Origin: a virus
DNA length: 64,000 nucleotides
Virus record (IMG/VR): IMGVR_UViG_3300042691_028844
Coordinates: 1 to 64,000 of that record
Reading direction: 5' to 3' (one strand)
Below are positions 8,586-18,573 of this stretch, piece by piece (positions within the stretch are counted from its first letter, which is position 1; the number at the start of each line of letters is the position of its first letter). The position numbers and the translations under genes were made by a program. The notes under the pieces are model-generated. The model ran no database searches. It was not told where the DNA came from and saw nothing but the letters and a program-made list of their open reading frames with translations.

Positions 8586-8611
8586 AAAAAGAGGAGGTCT
8601 TTAACCTCCCC
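8584..8611 (-). terminator. Intrinsic terminator
   Basis: GGAGGT/ACCTCC stem followed by T7 on minus strand. Confidence 0.7.
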
Positions 8612-8629
8612 CGTCCCCTTGCTGTCACC

Positions 8630-9436
8630 TCAAAAGTCTATCCCCAATTCCTTGGCTCGATCCTCATCGACCTCAATTGTCCGGGTTTTCTTCGCGGTTG
8701 CCTGAGGCGGCTCGGCGTTGGCAGAGGCCAAACGAGGGATATCCCCCATTCCCGCCAGTGACGGAGCGGATCCCGTAGGCGGATTCGCCTCTACAAAAGC
8801 CTTTTTGATCGCCGCGTGGTCAGTGCCGAGTGGCAGTTCCACGAGATTGCTTCCAGGAATGTGGGAGCGAAGCGCCGCCGGGAGCATTTCTCCGCCTTTA
8901 TCTTTGAGCCACTCGTTTACATCTGCCAGGAGCTTCTTTTCCTCCGGCGTGGTCGCCGGTCGATCCTTAAACTCCAGTGCGTTGTAGTTAATTTTTGCCC
9001 CGTCTTGACCCGTGTTTGGGTCCCGCTCACTAAAGCTTTTAGTGACAAACTTAGTACTCGTAATAACGCTGGCGCAGTTAATACGGTTGTTGTATAAGTT
9101 TTGGAAGTAGGAGATGAAGTTCTTCTGGCTCGACTTCCCTGAGACGATCGTCGTTGTAACGCACCGGGGAGGCAATAGACGATGTTGAGGAGTTACACCG
9201 ATATACGCGATGCGGAGAAACTCTTCCCCGTTTCGCATACCTAAGTTGCCGAAGAACGGACTGAAGCCCAAAAGAACGAACTCGATCGGTATACCGTTGT
9301 CATTTGAATCCGTGATGGCAGATTCGGAATCAACGTCTGACTTCCAGCGACGGGCTTGAAGGTCGATTCTTAGTGTGTGAGGCGGAACGTTGCAGAGAAT
9401 TTCGTCTGCTTCAAAGTTTCCAGCGATGTAAACCAT
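8630..9436 (-). CDS. Conserved-looking phage protein, possibly ssDNA-binding/recombination
   Basis: ORF track; next to SSB-like gene; both end in IDF-type tail. Confidence 0.7.
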   Translation of the reverse strand: MVYIAGNFEADEILCNVPPHTLRIDLQARRWKSDVDSESAITDSNDNGIPIEFVLLGFSPFFGNLGMRNGEEFLRIAYIGVTPQHRLLPPRCVTTTIVSGKSSQKNFISYFQNLYNNRINCASVITSTKFVTKSFSERDPNTGQDGAKINYNALEFKDRPATTPEEKKLLADVNEWLKDKGGEMLPAALRSHIPGSNLVELPLGTDHAAIKKAFVEANPPTGSAPSLAGMGDIPRLASANAEPPQATAKKTRTIEVDEDRAKELGIDF

Positions 9437-9454
9437 AGGAAGTTACCGAGAGAA

Positions 9455-10102
9455 TCAAAGAGAGAAATCAATCGAACCGATAGCGGCGGGAGCTACTTTG
9501 CCCTTTTCAGGGTCAGCAGCTTTTTTCGGTGCAGTCCTAGTAGATTTAGGCAGATAAAGCACCTTATCAACAGTGTAGTTCAGGTAGGTTTTGTCGTCCT
9601 TAGTAGCGCTGGACACTTTGCCCACAGCGATCGTTGGAGTACCGGGCGGCAAATCTGACAGCTGTTTCGACAGTTCGCCAAATGCGCTTAGCTTAAACCA
9701 ATTAGTTTCTTTATCTTCGTTTTGCCAAGCGAGCGAGCGATTCGTTACGGTGGTGTCTTCGAGCTCGACCTCATCTGCTTTGGGGCCCAGTCCCCCCGTG
9801 GCGATAAACAGATTGATCGCTAAAAGATCCTCGTAATTTGTTTTTGGTGTAACTACGAGCATAGGCTGCATAATTAGCAGTCCTTCTGGCGTCGGCTTAG
9901 TGGGACCGATAGCCAAGCAAGTATCGTCAACGTTGAGATCGATTAAGAGCTTGCCGACGTAGTGATCTTTCTGCTGTTTCAGTTGAAGTTTGGTTGGGGA
10001 CTTTCTGTCCGATGCTGGCAGGGATTCAGCGAGGACATTTACGATTCCGTCTTCAACGGAAGCGCTAGCCGTGATTCTGAGGCCCAGAGTAAAAATGTTC
10101 AC
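9455..10102 (-). CDS. ssb: SSB-like protein (probably tandem OB folds)
   Basis: ETNWFKLSAFGELS...PGTPTIAVGKV resembles SSB OB fold; GTG start at 10102. Confidence 0.6.
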   Translation of the reverse strand: MNIFTLGLRITASASVEDGIVNVLAESLPASDRKSPTKLQLKQQKDHYVGKLLIDLNVDDTCLAIGPTKPTPEGLLIMQPMLVVTPKTNYEDLLAINLFIATGGLGPKADEVELEDTTVTNRSLAWQNEDKETNWFKLSAFGELSKQLSDLPPGTPTIAVGKVSSATKDDKTYLNYTVDKVLYLPKSTRTAPKKAADPEKGKVAPAAIGSIDFSL

Positions 10103-10634
10103 GGTGGAGTTTCCTGTAAACTGTTGAGCGGTGTACGTTAAAGGCCTTGGCGATCTGCTCAATGCTGACCCCTTGGCTTGCGTAGGCTAGCAGCATCCGT
10201 GTATCCCCGCCTGTAAACTTTTCGTTTTTTCTCTCTGTGTAGTTAAAGTGATATGGATTTATACACTGTTTGTTGTTGCATATTAGTTTTAGGCTTGAGT
10301 TTTCTCTGGGTATATCCAAGTACCTTAATATTACATTTTTGACGTATAGTCTTTGTTTAAATAAGTAGAGGCACGGGTAACCGTCTGGATCAAACTTACC
10401 TTCCCACTCTGCACAGTCTTTGCGATCGTAATTGCTGGTAGCGAGGTTTTTAAATAAGTCTGATAAGACTGTCGGCTCTGTCTGTTCGTAACCCATCGTG
10501 TATTTATCTACCTGCAGGGCTTTACATATGTCTTGTGCCTGTGCATTCGCATGCCCGCTGTTTAGGGCTTCGATACTTATGTTTACTCTGTTTCGTCCTT
10601 TTAAAAGTTCTAGGGTGTACTGATCTTCCTTCAC
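10065..10634 (-). CDS. His-Cys box/HNH-like Zn domain fused to C-terminal HTH
   Basis: CAEWEG..DGYP, CNNKQCINPYH, GVSIEQIAKAFNVHRSTVYR. Confidence 0.7.
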   Translation of the reverse strand: MKEDQYTLELLKGRNRVNISIEALNSGHANAQAQDICKALQVDKYTMGYEQTEPTVLSDLFKNLATSNYDRKDCAEWEGKFDPDGYPCLYLFKQRLYVKNVILRYLDIPRENSSLKLICNNKQCINPYHFNYTERKNEKFTGGDTRMLLAYASQGVSIEQIAKAFNVHRSTVYRKLHREHFYSGPQNHG

Positions 10635-11128
10635 TTGTTCTCAATATAAAATCGTCTGAGAGTGTGCCCTGGCTCGTAAACACGATCTAGAACCTTTGCC
10701 GTCATATTCGCGTCTTCGTACGATCTAAATATTTGAGCTGATTCTTGTTTCTTTGTGTAGGAAACTACTTTGGTTTCGGTGAGGGAGGTTTCGACAAACC
10801 CCCCTTTTCGTCTGACAATGACCCACGCCTCTCTGAACCTCAAGTGGGTTAGCTGCGCCATTTCAGCCTCGGTGTAAAATTTAAGTTTTTGCTCTTTTGC
10901 GATTTTAGGTTTGCTTGTCTTGTCTTTATTTTGTTTCTTAACAGTAGTTTTTAAGTTGTTTGTCTTTTTGAGTCTCCTCGTTTCGTTTGCAGCCTTAAGA
11001 GCACTGGCGAACCCCTCCGTGGTAATCTCCAGCGAATCACCGTCCCAAACAATCCCATGGTAACGGTCGTTTATCTTAAGAACTTGAAGTTCTCTCTCTT
11101 TATCTAGTTTGATTTTTGCTAGTTCCAC
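10631..11128 (-). CDS. Hypothetical basic protein
   Basis: ORF track. Confidence 0.7.
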   Translation of the reverse strand: MELAKIKLDKERELQVLKINDRYHGIVWDGDSLEITTEGFASALKAANETRRLKKTNNLKTTVKKQNKDKTSKPKIAKEQKLKFYTEAEMAQLTHLRFREAWVIVRRKGGFVETSLTETKVVSYTKKQESAQIFRSYEDANMTAKVLDRVYEPGHTLRRFYIENK

Positions 11129-11136
11129 TTAGATAC

Positions 11137-11169
11137 AAAAAATCCACCTGAGTTTACCCCAGATGGATT
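11137..11169 (-). terminator. Intrinsic terminator
   Basis: 12-bp stem with G-U pairs (AATCCATCTGGG/CTCAGGTGGATT) plus T tract. Confidence 0.65.
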
Positions 11170-11196
11170 GAGTTTAGGTGTCTAGCCCTTACCCTG

Positions 11197-12210
11197 TTAT
11201 TTTTTCTTTTTCCCTGAGCTCTTGCTAGGTCCACGGTTTTGAGCCGGAGCCTGTCTTGCCGGAGCCTGTCTTGCCGGAGCCTGTCTTGCCGGAGCCTGTC
11301 TTGCCGGAGCCTGTCTTGCCGGAGCCTGTCTTGCCGGAGCCTGTCTTGCCGGAGCCTGTCTTTGAACGGGGGCCGCTTTTTTGGGGGTCCGGCCAGCAGT
11401 CTGCGTTTTGTACTTAGACACAACCGCTGCCTGTTGTTTTGTTTTACTTGGCTTTACTTGTTCTTTCGCCTTTGTCCGCGCCTTAGGCTGCCCCGTGGGC
11501 ACAGGCTTACCCGCCTTCTGTGCCGCCAGAGACTTAGACAAGAACTTGGAAGCCTTAGAGCCTAAGTAGCCAGAGCCCTTGGATTTAAGTGCCTTATTTA
11601 TTTCCTTCGCACTAACACCCGACGAGAGCATTGAGCGGACCTCGGATTTAGTTACGCGTTTTGTGTTATCTTTGTTCGTTTTAATTGCTGAGCTCAGCAA
11701 TTGTTGCGCTTTAGTTTTCGTTTGTTTTTGTTTTCCTCCGCTCGCCTGTGTCTGCCCTTGCGCAGCGGCTTGTCCGCTTCCTGAGGGCTCCTGCGCATCA
11801 GCGAAGCCTTCATCAAAGTAAGACGGCTGCGCCATCTGCCCGAACAGATCGCTAACGAAGTCTTCATCAAAGTAACCCGGCTGCTCCATCTGCCCCATGT
11901 AGCTGCTCAATGCTTTGTCGAAAGCCCCTTGGAAGTCAAAGGGCTCCGGTGTCGGCGCGGGCGTCGGAGTCGGAGTTGGAGTTGGAGTTGGAGTTGGAGT
12001 TGGAGTTGGAGTCGGGGTCGGAGTCGGCGCAGGGGTCGGTGCGGGCGTCGTTTGCTGCGCTTGATTTAGGGGGACAGCCAGAGACTGGTAGCCGGGAGCT
12101 CTGCCTAAGCGGCCGCCACGGGCGCCTTTTGCGGGAATAAACGCCATGCCTCCAGCGGGCATTCCGGCGAGCAGGGAGGCTTGGGCCATTTGTACACCCG
12201 CGTCAGCCAT
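11197..12210 (-). CDS. Low-complexity protein with (PT)n linker and K/R-rich tail with (RQAPA)8
   Basis: ORF track. Confidence 0.75.
   Translation of the reverse strand: MADAGVQMAQASLLAGMPAGGMAFIPAKGARGGRLGRAPGYQSLAVPLNQAQQTTPAPTPAPTPTPTPTPTPTPTPTPTPTPTPAPTPEPFDFQGAFDKALSSYMGQMEQPGYFDEDFVSDLFGQMAQPSYFDEGFADAQEPSGSGQAAAQGQTQASGGKQKQTKTKAQQLLSSAIKTNKDNTKRVTKSEVRSMLSSGVSAKEINKALKSKGSGYLGSKASKFLSKSLAAQKAGKPVPTGQPKARTKAKEQVKPSKTKQQAAVVSKYKTQTAGRTPKKAAPVQRQAPARQAPARQAPARQAPARQAPARQAPARQAPARQAPAQNRGPSKSSGKKKK
11243..11362. repeat. 8 x 15-bp perfect tandem repeat GCCGGAGCCTGTCTT (encodes RQAPA)
   Basis: Counted directly. Confidence 0.95.
11945..12048. repeat. 6-bp tandem repeat (GGAGTT/GGAGTC) encoding (PT)n
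   Basis: Read directly. Confidence 0.9.
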
Positions 12211-12252
12211 GTGTCTCGAAGCGGTTTTTAATTTTGCTTCTATCAGGATACT

Positions 12253-14157
12253 CTATTTATCTGCCCATGAGTTTCCTGCTTTCGCGTCTGCTTTTGAGGG
12301 AACGTCAACCAGTACAGTCTGAGCCGCCTCGATCATTATCATTTGAAGAACTTCTTTATACATATCCGCCAGCTCCTCTTTTACTTCAAGCACCAGTTCG
12401 TCGTGGATGCACGCTACTAATCTTACTTCGTCGTTAAGGTGGTTATCTAACTCCGCTATAGCTATCTTAAGTATGTCAGCTCCAGACCCTTGGATCAAAG
12501 TGTTTGCGCAGCACATCATTGTTGTGTCGTCGTAGCTGAGCAAACGTCTCCGTCCTACCGCTGTTCTGACGTAAGTCCAACCATCCTGCACCAACGCCGC
12601 TCTCTCCTGGTGCCACGCTCGTAGTCTTGGGTATGCGGCGTGGAATGCCGCGTGGGCAACTTTTGCTTCAGATAAGGAAATAATCTTACCGCTTTGCGCT
12701 GTGTAGGTTTTATATTTTCTATACCCCATACCGTACAGTAGAGCAAAGTTTAGGGTCTTACCTTCCTGCCGTAGTTCATCAGGTACGTCTTTAATATTTA
12801 GTTTGTAAATTAAACTTGCTGTCAGTGTGTGTAAGTCTATATTTCTGTTAAACGCTTCCCGCATTTGAGGGATGTTGATCAGTTGAGCACCTAAACGCAA
12901 CTCAATTTGGGACCAATCGCAGATGACAAGTTTGTACCCTTTATCAGGTACAAAGCAGCTGCGGAAGTCTTTTGAACGTGGAATCTGTTGGATGTTTACC
13001 GAAAATACGCTTTTCTTCTCTCGCGCCTTAGTTTTAGCTGCTCCGCTCGATGTAAATCTTCCTGAGTTAGCCCCTACTTGATTGTATCCTGAGTGTATAC
13101 GGTGAGTTATAGGGTTTACATTATTTAGTAGTTTTTCTACGTGTTCTCTTTCTGTCTGGACTTTCGTCTGCTCTCTGTAAAGAATAATCGTAGGGTCTTG
13201 GCTATCAAATTCCGCTAAAGCAATTTGATTCAAGACGGGTTTGTTTGTGTTTACGTCTACTGGTAAAGATATTCCGCACGCTTGGCACGCTTTAATAACT
13301 TGTTTAGTGCTACCGGGGTTGAATTTTTTCTGCTTCGTTCCCTTCGTAACTCCTATCGCGATCTCCCCGTCCTCTCCACGCGGCAGTTTTTGGTCGTCTG
13401 GGAGCCTCTTGTCTAATGAATACACAAACTCTCTCACTTTCCCCTCTAGCTTCTCTTCAATCTTAAGCTTTAAGGCTTGCAGCTTTTCCAGGTCTACGCC
13501 GAAGCCTGTACTGCACATCTTCGCGACAGGGCGGATGCACTTGCTCTCCATTCCATATATGTGCATAAGGTTCTCCTCTTTAAGCTCACGGATTTGATCT
13601 GCCGCAATGTCAGGCAGGATATCTACGTCCGTGGCGGAGTATTCGATCTGATTTAAGTTCAGCTCGTCTTTTGACCAGTCTGAAACCTGCTGATCCTTTG
13701 CTAGGTCGAGCCCTAAACGCCTCGCGGCCACGGCTTTTAGCGAGCAAGACACATCAGAGAAATACTCTTTACCAATCTTTGGGCTGTACTTCTTTTCTTT
13801 AAATCCTGAGCGTAAGACTCTTTCAGCTATATACGTGTCAAAGATTTTATTTCTGTAGTCAATGCCTAAGTATAGGAGAAACTGTAAATCAAAGTTTGCG
13901 TTGTGTAAGATTAGAAGCTCCCTGCTTTCAATAAGCTCTTTGAGCCTTGCCGTTACTTTTGTTTTGAATAGGTCAAAGACGTAGATGTCTCGATTTTTGT
14001 TCCCCGGCGTGGTTTCGCATAGCTGCACTAAACGAGGCTCTGCGATTCGAGGCTGTAATCCTGTTGTTTCTGTATCGAGACACAGTTTACTGACCGCTTC
14101 TAAAGCTTTGATTGCATCTGCAGCTTTTTGGTCTGTGTCTAAGTAAAATACGTTCAT
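12253..14157 (-). CDS. polA: DNA polymerase family A (3'-5' exonuclease + polymerase)
   Basis: DTETTGL, HNANFD, motif A DWSQIELR, motif B RQEGKTLNFALLYG, motif C IHDEL. Confidence 0.97.
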   Translation of the reverse strand: MNVFYLDTDQKAADAIKALEAVSKLCLDTETTGLQPRIAEPRLVQLCETTPGNKNRDIYVFDLFKTKVTARLKELIESRELLILHNANFDLQFLLYLGIDYRNKIFDTYIAERVLRSGFKEKKYSPKIGKEYFSDVSCSLKAVAARRLGLDLAKDQQVSDWSKDELNLNQIEYSATDVDILPDIAADQIRELKEENLMHIYGMESKCIRPVAKMCSTGFGVDLEKLQALKLKIEEKLEGKVREFVYSLDKRLPDDQKLPRGEDGEIAIGVTKGTKQKKFNPGSTKQVIKACQACGISLPVDVNTNKPVLNQIALAEFDSQDPTIILYREQTKVQTEREHVEKLLNNVNPITHRIHSGYNQVGANSGRFTSSGAAKTKAREKKSVFSVNIQQIPRSKDFRSCFVPDKGYKLVICDWSQIELRLGAQLINIPQMREAFNRNIDLHTLTASLIYKLNIKDVPDELRQEGKTLNFALLYGMGYRKYKTYTAQSGKIISLSEAKVAHAAFHAAYPRLRAWHQERAALVQDGWTYVRTAVGRRRLLSYDDTTMMCCANTLIQGSGADILKIAIAELDNHLNDEVRLVACIHDELVLEVKEELADMYKEVLQMIMIEAAQTVLVDVPSKADAKAGNSWADK

Positions 14158-14160
14158 GAG

Positions 14161-14186
14161 AAAAAAGGCCCAGTTTTTGCTGGACC
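14161..14186 (-). terminator. Terminator-like hairpin plus T6 immediately upstream of polA ATG
   Basis: GGTCCAG/CTGGGCC stem then TTTTTT. Confidence 0.55.
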
Positions 14187-14216
14187 TTGATGATAGTGCT
14201 TTTTGCTTTAGTCGTT

Positions 14217-15026
14217 TCAGTTGAGGCGGCTTAAGAAGTAAGTGTTTACCAGTTCGATTGAATCACCCCATTTACTGAAAACTTTTGTACCGAACTCTGT
14301 CGAGCTCAGTTTGTAGTACTTGCGTTGGGTTGCGGCCGCTCTTGAGTTATTTTCCCCGTCTTCTGACCCGTACGAAATGCAGGTTTCGATGTCGATAAGA
14401 CCGTGCTCCTTAGCCCACATCATCCCTTCGCGAGCACAAATGTAAATAGCGGAAGAGGGGTACGTTCTTTCTGTAGTATTTTTTGCGCTTCGGACGGGAG
14501 TCCAGACCGCACCAACGTTCGTGTCGTCCTGTTTAAATCCCTTGAACAGAATCGATTCTTCTGGCATATCGAATCTGTGCCACGCTAAATTTACGTAATC
14601 AATACAGATCTCCTTAAGAGTCACGCCGGGATGGAATCTCTCGTTCAACGCATACACAAGTAGCGCAACTCCCACTGACCAGTATGCACTATTAGTGCAG
14701 ACAGCCGAGATTACTGTATCTTCGTTTAGTTGGTCCGCATTAATTCTGTGCGATACTCTTGGACGCACGTATTTCTTTGGCTTGCTCGTCTCAGGGAGCT
14801 CCCCCGTGGCAACAGAGATCTTCCAAGCCAAGGTTGCCAAATCTTGGTTCTGCGAGGCGACTGCTTGCATGAACAAATCCTTCGTATTCAGTTTCTTTAA
14901 ATTGAATACTTTAGTTAGCTCGATCTGAGGAATTTCATCTTCAGCGAACTTGGAAGCCTTGAGCAATGCCAGAGCTTCCTTGTCTGTAACAGGCTGCTCA
15001 TTCAGGGTGAATTGAAAAGAAGTCAT
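14217..15026 (-). CDS. Hypothetical protein
   Basis: ORF track; start set at MTSFQF. Confidence 0.75.
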   Translation of the reverse strand: MTSFQFTLNEQPVTDKEALALLKASKFAEDEIPQIELTKVFNLKKLNTKDLFMQAVASQNQDLATLAWKISVATGELPETSKPKKYVRPRVSHRINADQLNEDTVISAVCTNSAYWSVGVALLVYALNERFHPGVTLKEICIDYVNLAWHRFDMPEESILFKGFKQDDTNVGAVWTPVRSAKNTTERTYPSSAIYICAREGMMWAKEHGLIDIETCISYGSEDGENNSRAAATQRKYYKLSSTEFGTKVFSKWGDSIELVNTYFLSRLN

Positions 15027-15144
15027 CTGTCTAGGTTGGGTTTTCTTTTCAAGGCTGACACAGTGTCGTGTCGCCTTGGTTTGCACGTTAGCACCTGTGT
15101 CAACCCTTGGCCATTGCTCGCTCACTTCGTCCGCTCCTCCGGAT

Positions 15145-16689
15145 TCAACGGAAGCACTTCTGCACAGCGTCTATGGCGTCGGCTTGTTTGCTTGTATCGA
15201 CAGAGTAGACTTCATCGCTAAACCGGAAGCACACTTTGGGAACGAGTGCGGTGAGGCAGACTGTCGACCATTGAAGGCCCGTCTCGGTTTTGAGGGCATC
15301 AAGCCGGCGGATGACGGGATCCGACACTTCAGAGTGCCCATCCGTAATCATCAGAACGTCAGCCTTATCTTTGAGTTCGGCGTTGGTCCCCGCGTGGGCG
15401 ATTACTGAGTTGAAGGCAGTGCCTCCTCCTAAATGCCATCGCCCGATAAAGTCAAGCAATTCACGGTTATCTCGTCTGCTCTTGTCGAGCACTACAGTCT
15501 CTGTAACCTGTGTATCAAACAGATTAATTTGAACAGTCCTCTTTTCTTTAAGTCCTTCTTCTGCGAGCATAAAGGCAATAGCCTTACTCCAGATTTCTTG
15601 TTCGCCTCGCATAGAGCCGGATACGTCGATGTACATGACAATTGGACCTTTACCGATGTCCTTTCTGTCTGCCTCGTAGTCTTTCGTGAGGATGGTCTTT
15701 TGAGTGTACTTGAGGGCAAACAATGCCCGTCCTTTATCTGTTCCAGCTAGCGCCAGTTCAGTTGAGAACGCTTTAGTAATATCGTTACTGAATCGTGCTC
15801 CTGTGATTGCAGCGTATTTTGCTTGATCTTTACGAGCACGCTTTCTCTCGATCCATACTCTCCTCATAGCACCTAATTTAGACGCCAGTTGTTTAAGCTC
15901 ACGGTTGTTCTTAAGTCTATTAGCTAAGGCACGCTTCTCTTGTAGGTTGCCACAGTCCCGGCCGATACCTTTTTCGGTCCCCCATAAGGTCGAAAGCTGC
16001 TCATTGGTTTCATCGCTTTCCTTGATTGTCTTGTCGACGACGCTACTAATGTGAGGTTGTACAAGATCTTTGAGTTGTTGAATAGCTTCGTTGATTGCCT
16101 GCACCATGGCCTTACCCTGTGCGCGAGCTTTCTGAGCCTCTTTCGTGTCGCCCTGGCCCATTGCCTGTTTGTATTTCTCCCGCAGTTTCTCTAAGCCCTC
16201 GCCCCCGTGGACAAGAAGTTTAATATCTACCGCAGCATTATTGATTGCCTCTTCAATAACTTCAGATAGTTTGTTGAGAATGCTGATCGCATTGTTACCT
16301 GAGTTAAATTGATTGCCTGTGCAGCGAATCAAAAGATCGGGCCATGCTGCTGCTTCGGTGAGATCAGACATAACTGCCCACCAGAATCCATTCTCCGGTT
16401 TATATCCCGAAGGCATTGCAGGTGTCTCACCGTCGTACAACTTTCGGTAATACTCTTCATACTCATCGAAGGACACCAACCACGCGACGTTATCAGCTGT
16501 GTATAAGCGATCGAAGATCTCTTTGCCGAAGCGTGATAGTTGTTTGATGTTGTGTGTCTCTATGAGATACTTGACGGAAGGTCGTGCGTCTCGGATAAAG
16601 TCACTCCACAGGAAATCTGCAATCGCAGAGCAGGCAAGGGTTAGGGGCTCGTCGTTGAGGAGCAGAACAAACTCGTTTTTGGTTTCCAT
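15145..16689 (-). CDS. vWA (MIDAS) domain protein, ViaA-like
   Basis: DVSGS, GGGT, ITDG MIDAS residues; adjacent to MoxR ATPase. Confidence 0.88.
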   Translation of the reverse strand: METKNEFVLLLNDEPLTLACSAIADFLWSDFIRDARPSVKYLIETHNIKQLSRFGKEIFDRLYTADNVAWLVSFDEYEEYYRKLYDGETPAMPSGYKPENGFWWAVMSDLTEAAAWPDLLIRCTGNQFNSGNNAISILNKLSEVIEEAINNAAVDIKLLVHGGEGLEKLREKYKQAMGQGDTKEAQKARAQGKAMVQAINEAIQQLKDLVQPHISSVVDKTIKESDETNEQLSTLWGTEKGIGRDCGNLQEKRALANRLKNNRELKQLASKLGAMRRVWIERKRARKDQAKYAAITGARFSNDITKAFSTELALAGTDKGRALFALKYTQKTILTKDYEADRKDIGKGPIVMYIDVSGSMRGEQEIWSKAIAFMLAEEGLKEKRTVQINLFDTQVTETVVLDKSRRDNRELLDFIGRWHLGGGTAFNSVIAHAGTNAELKDKADVLMITDGHSEVSDPVIRRLDALKTETGLQWSTVCLTALVPKVCFRFSDEVYSVDTSKQADAIDAVQKCFR

Positions 16690-16693
16690 GGTC

Positions 16694-17893
16694 TTAGTTG
16701 CTGCTGAGATCGTTGATGGCGCGTGCCAAGGTGTCTTTATGCCCTTGAAGCTGTTGGATCAGTTTCACTCCTGTAGCACGAGCGTTAAATGTGAGTCGGA
16801 GCTTGGAACCATCAAGGATCTCGTTTACTTTGTCGTAAACGATTGACATATCCTTATAGTAGCGCTTCAGGTCGAATACAAACTCATTGAGTGTTTCGAT
16901 GTTTGCTTTGTGTACATGCTTGCTCTGTTGTGCGTTGTACTCTGCCATGATTCCGGCCGCAGCACGTTTAGCGTCTGCAAAGACGCGATCCGCCGTGGGA
17001 ATCTCTTGATTCAATACCTCTTGAATGATCTCTTTGTCGTCCTCTGTTTGGTACACAATGTGGATCAGGGATCCGTGCATGTGTTCTGGACAGAGCTCAG
17101 TCTCGCCTTGTACCACTACCCAAGCTTTGAGAAACTTAAGTACTTGCACTCGGCGGCGATCAGAGATACCGATACCCCTTTGCTCTAGCACATCCCAAAC
17201 CCCGCTGAACTTCTCCAGAAAGTTATCTTCCACTTGTACAGCATCGACAGCCTGCTGAAGATCCTTTAGATCTTTGATCGTTAGGTGTACTCCCACTTGC
17301 GGACGTTGCGCCATCCCCACACTCCAACGATCGAGCGTGGCCTTAGAGATCGGCTTTTTCAGGGTGTTAACCGTAGGACGGAACAAGAAGCGATCACCGA
17401 AAGCCTGCAGTGATTCTTCATCGGGCCAACTATTTGTTGCCGCAACGATAGATTCAATCGGGGTTGTTACGTTGACCTTGCCATTATTAAAAGTTCGTTC
17501 ATTCAGGAGCGTGAGCAAGGAGTTAAGGATGGCAGAGTTACCTCGGAACAATTCATCGAGGAAGGCAATATTGCACGACGGAAGATAGCCCTCAATGTCT
17601 CGTGTGTACTCGTCATTCAACAGTTTGGTAACTGCGACCGGACCGAATACCTCAGAGGGATCCGTAGTGGGGCTTAGCAGGTACCCGAAGTACTTAGCGT
17701 CGCTGATTCCGTTACAGATTGAACGGACTAGATCAGACTTGCCCGTGCCAGGCACACCGAGGAGAAACGCATTCTGTCGGCTGAGTACTGTTGCGAGAAG
17801 TCCGTCGATTATGCTTTCACGTTCAAGATGTGAGCTGTTCAGTGCGGAGCGAAAGTTTTGGAGTTTGGTGAAGAGAGCGTCGTTCATGATCAA
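16694..17893 (-). CDS. MoxR-family AAA+ ATPase, RavA-like
   Basis: GVPGTGKS, FLDELF, NSAILNSLLTLLNER, DRF, ISDRR. Confidence 0.92.
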   Translation of the reverse strand: MIMNDALFTKLQNFRSALNSSHLERESIIDGLLATVLSRQNAFLLGVPGTGKSDLVRSICNGISDAKYFGYLLSPTTDPSEVFGPVAVTKLLNDEYTRDIEGYLPSCNIAFLDELFRGNSAILNSLLTLLNERTFNNGKVNVTTPIESIVAATNSWPDEESLQAFGDRFLFRPTVNTLKKPISKATLDRWSVGMAQRPQVGVHLTIKDLKDLQQAVDAVQVEDNFLEKFSGVWDVLEQRGIGISDRRRVQVLKFLKAWVVVQGETELCPEHMHGSLIHIVYQTEDDKEIIQEVLNQEIPTADRVFADAKRAAAGIMAEYNAQQSKHVHKANIETLNEFVFDLKRYYKDMSIVYDKVNEILDGSKLRLTFNARATGVKLIQQLQGHKDTLARAINDLSSN

Positions 17894-18573
17894 GAAGTTT
17901 TGTAGGTGTTCAGGATGGCGTCGAAACTGGACTGATTTTGTTCTTGAGGTTGCTGTACCTCTGGGGTTTGGGTTTTTCCTGATGCGAACCTTGCGGTCGC
18001 ATCTGTTCTAGCGAGCTCAACAGCTTTCCATAGCTTGCGCACATCAGCGTAAAACTGAGCGTGGAGCCTCCCGATTTCTCTTTGAAGTTCGATAAAGTCT
18101 GGCGCGGTTTTACTAACCAAAACCTTGTCAGGCTCTTTAATCTCTACTCCTTCTGATACAGGGTATGTACCAGGCCGAACGAAGCTGTAGTGTTTACCGA
18201 GATATTCTGCGGAGAAGACATTGTTTCTCTGTTTTAAGTCACTTGTATGTCCGCTAGAGTTGATGACGGATTCTAGACTAGGTAATTCAAAGCTGTCATT
18301 ACGGGTGATTGTTCTTTCAAAAGTTACTCTAGGTTCTAGTTCCCTCTCCAGGCTTTCTCTTATTCTATCGCGAAGGGAATGCGGAGCTTGGTCTTTACAC
18401 TCTCGTATGAAGACATCGCGTCCCTTGCTTGTCTGAAGTTGCTCTTGTTTCGTAACGAAATAACCTAGTTGCTCATCCCCTTCTTTCCTGTAGTAAATAG
18501 GAACTTCTATAGACTCTTCGGCAGATAGTGCAAGACAGATTGTCGCGAATTTGGTAGTAGATCGTCTAGCCAT
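17890..18573 (-). CDS. Hypothetical protein
   Basis: ORF track; coupled to ATPase gene. Confidence 0.75.
   Translation of the reverse strand: MARRSTTKFATICLALSAEESIEVPIYYRKEGDEQLGYFVTKQEQLQTSKGRDVFIRECKDQAPHSLRDRIRESLERELEPRVTFERTITRNDSFELPSLESVINSSGHTSDLKQRNNVFSAEYLGKHYSFVRPGTYPVSEGVEIKEPDKVLVSKTAPDFIELQREIGRLHAQFYADVRKLWKAVELARTDATARFASGKTQTPEVQQPQEQNQSSFDAILNTYKTS

Noticed and set aside
11154-11565. ORFs with (QDRLR)n or (SLSCR)n repeats; possible CRISPR array
   Set aside because: Alternate frames of the 15-bp tandem repeat; there are no spacers.
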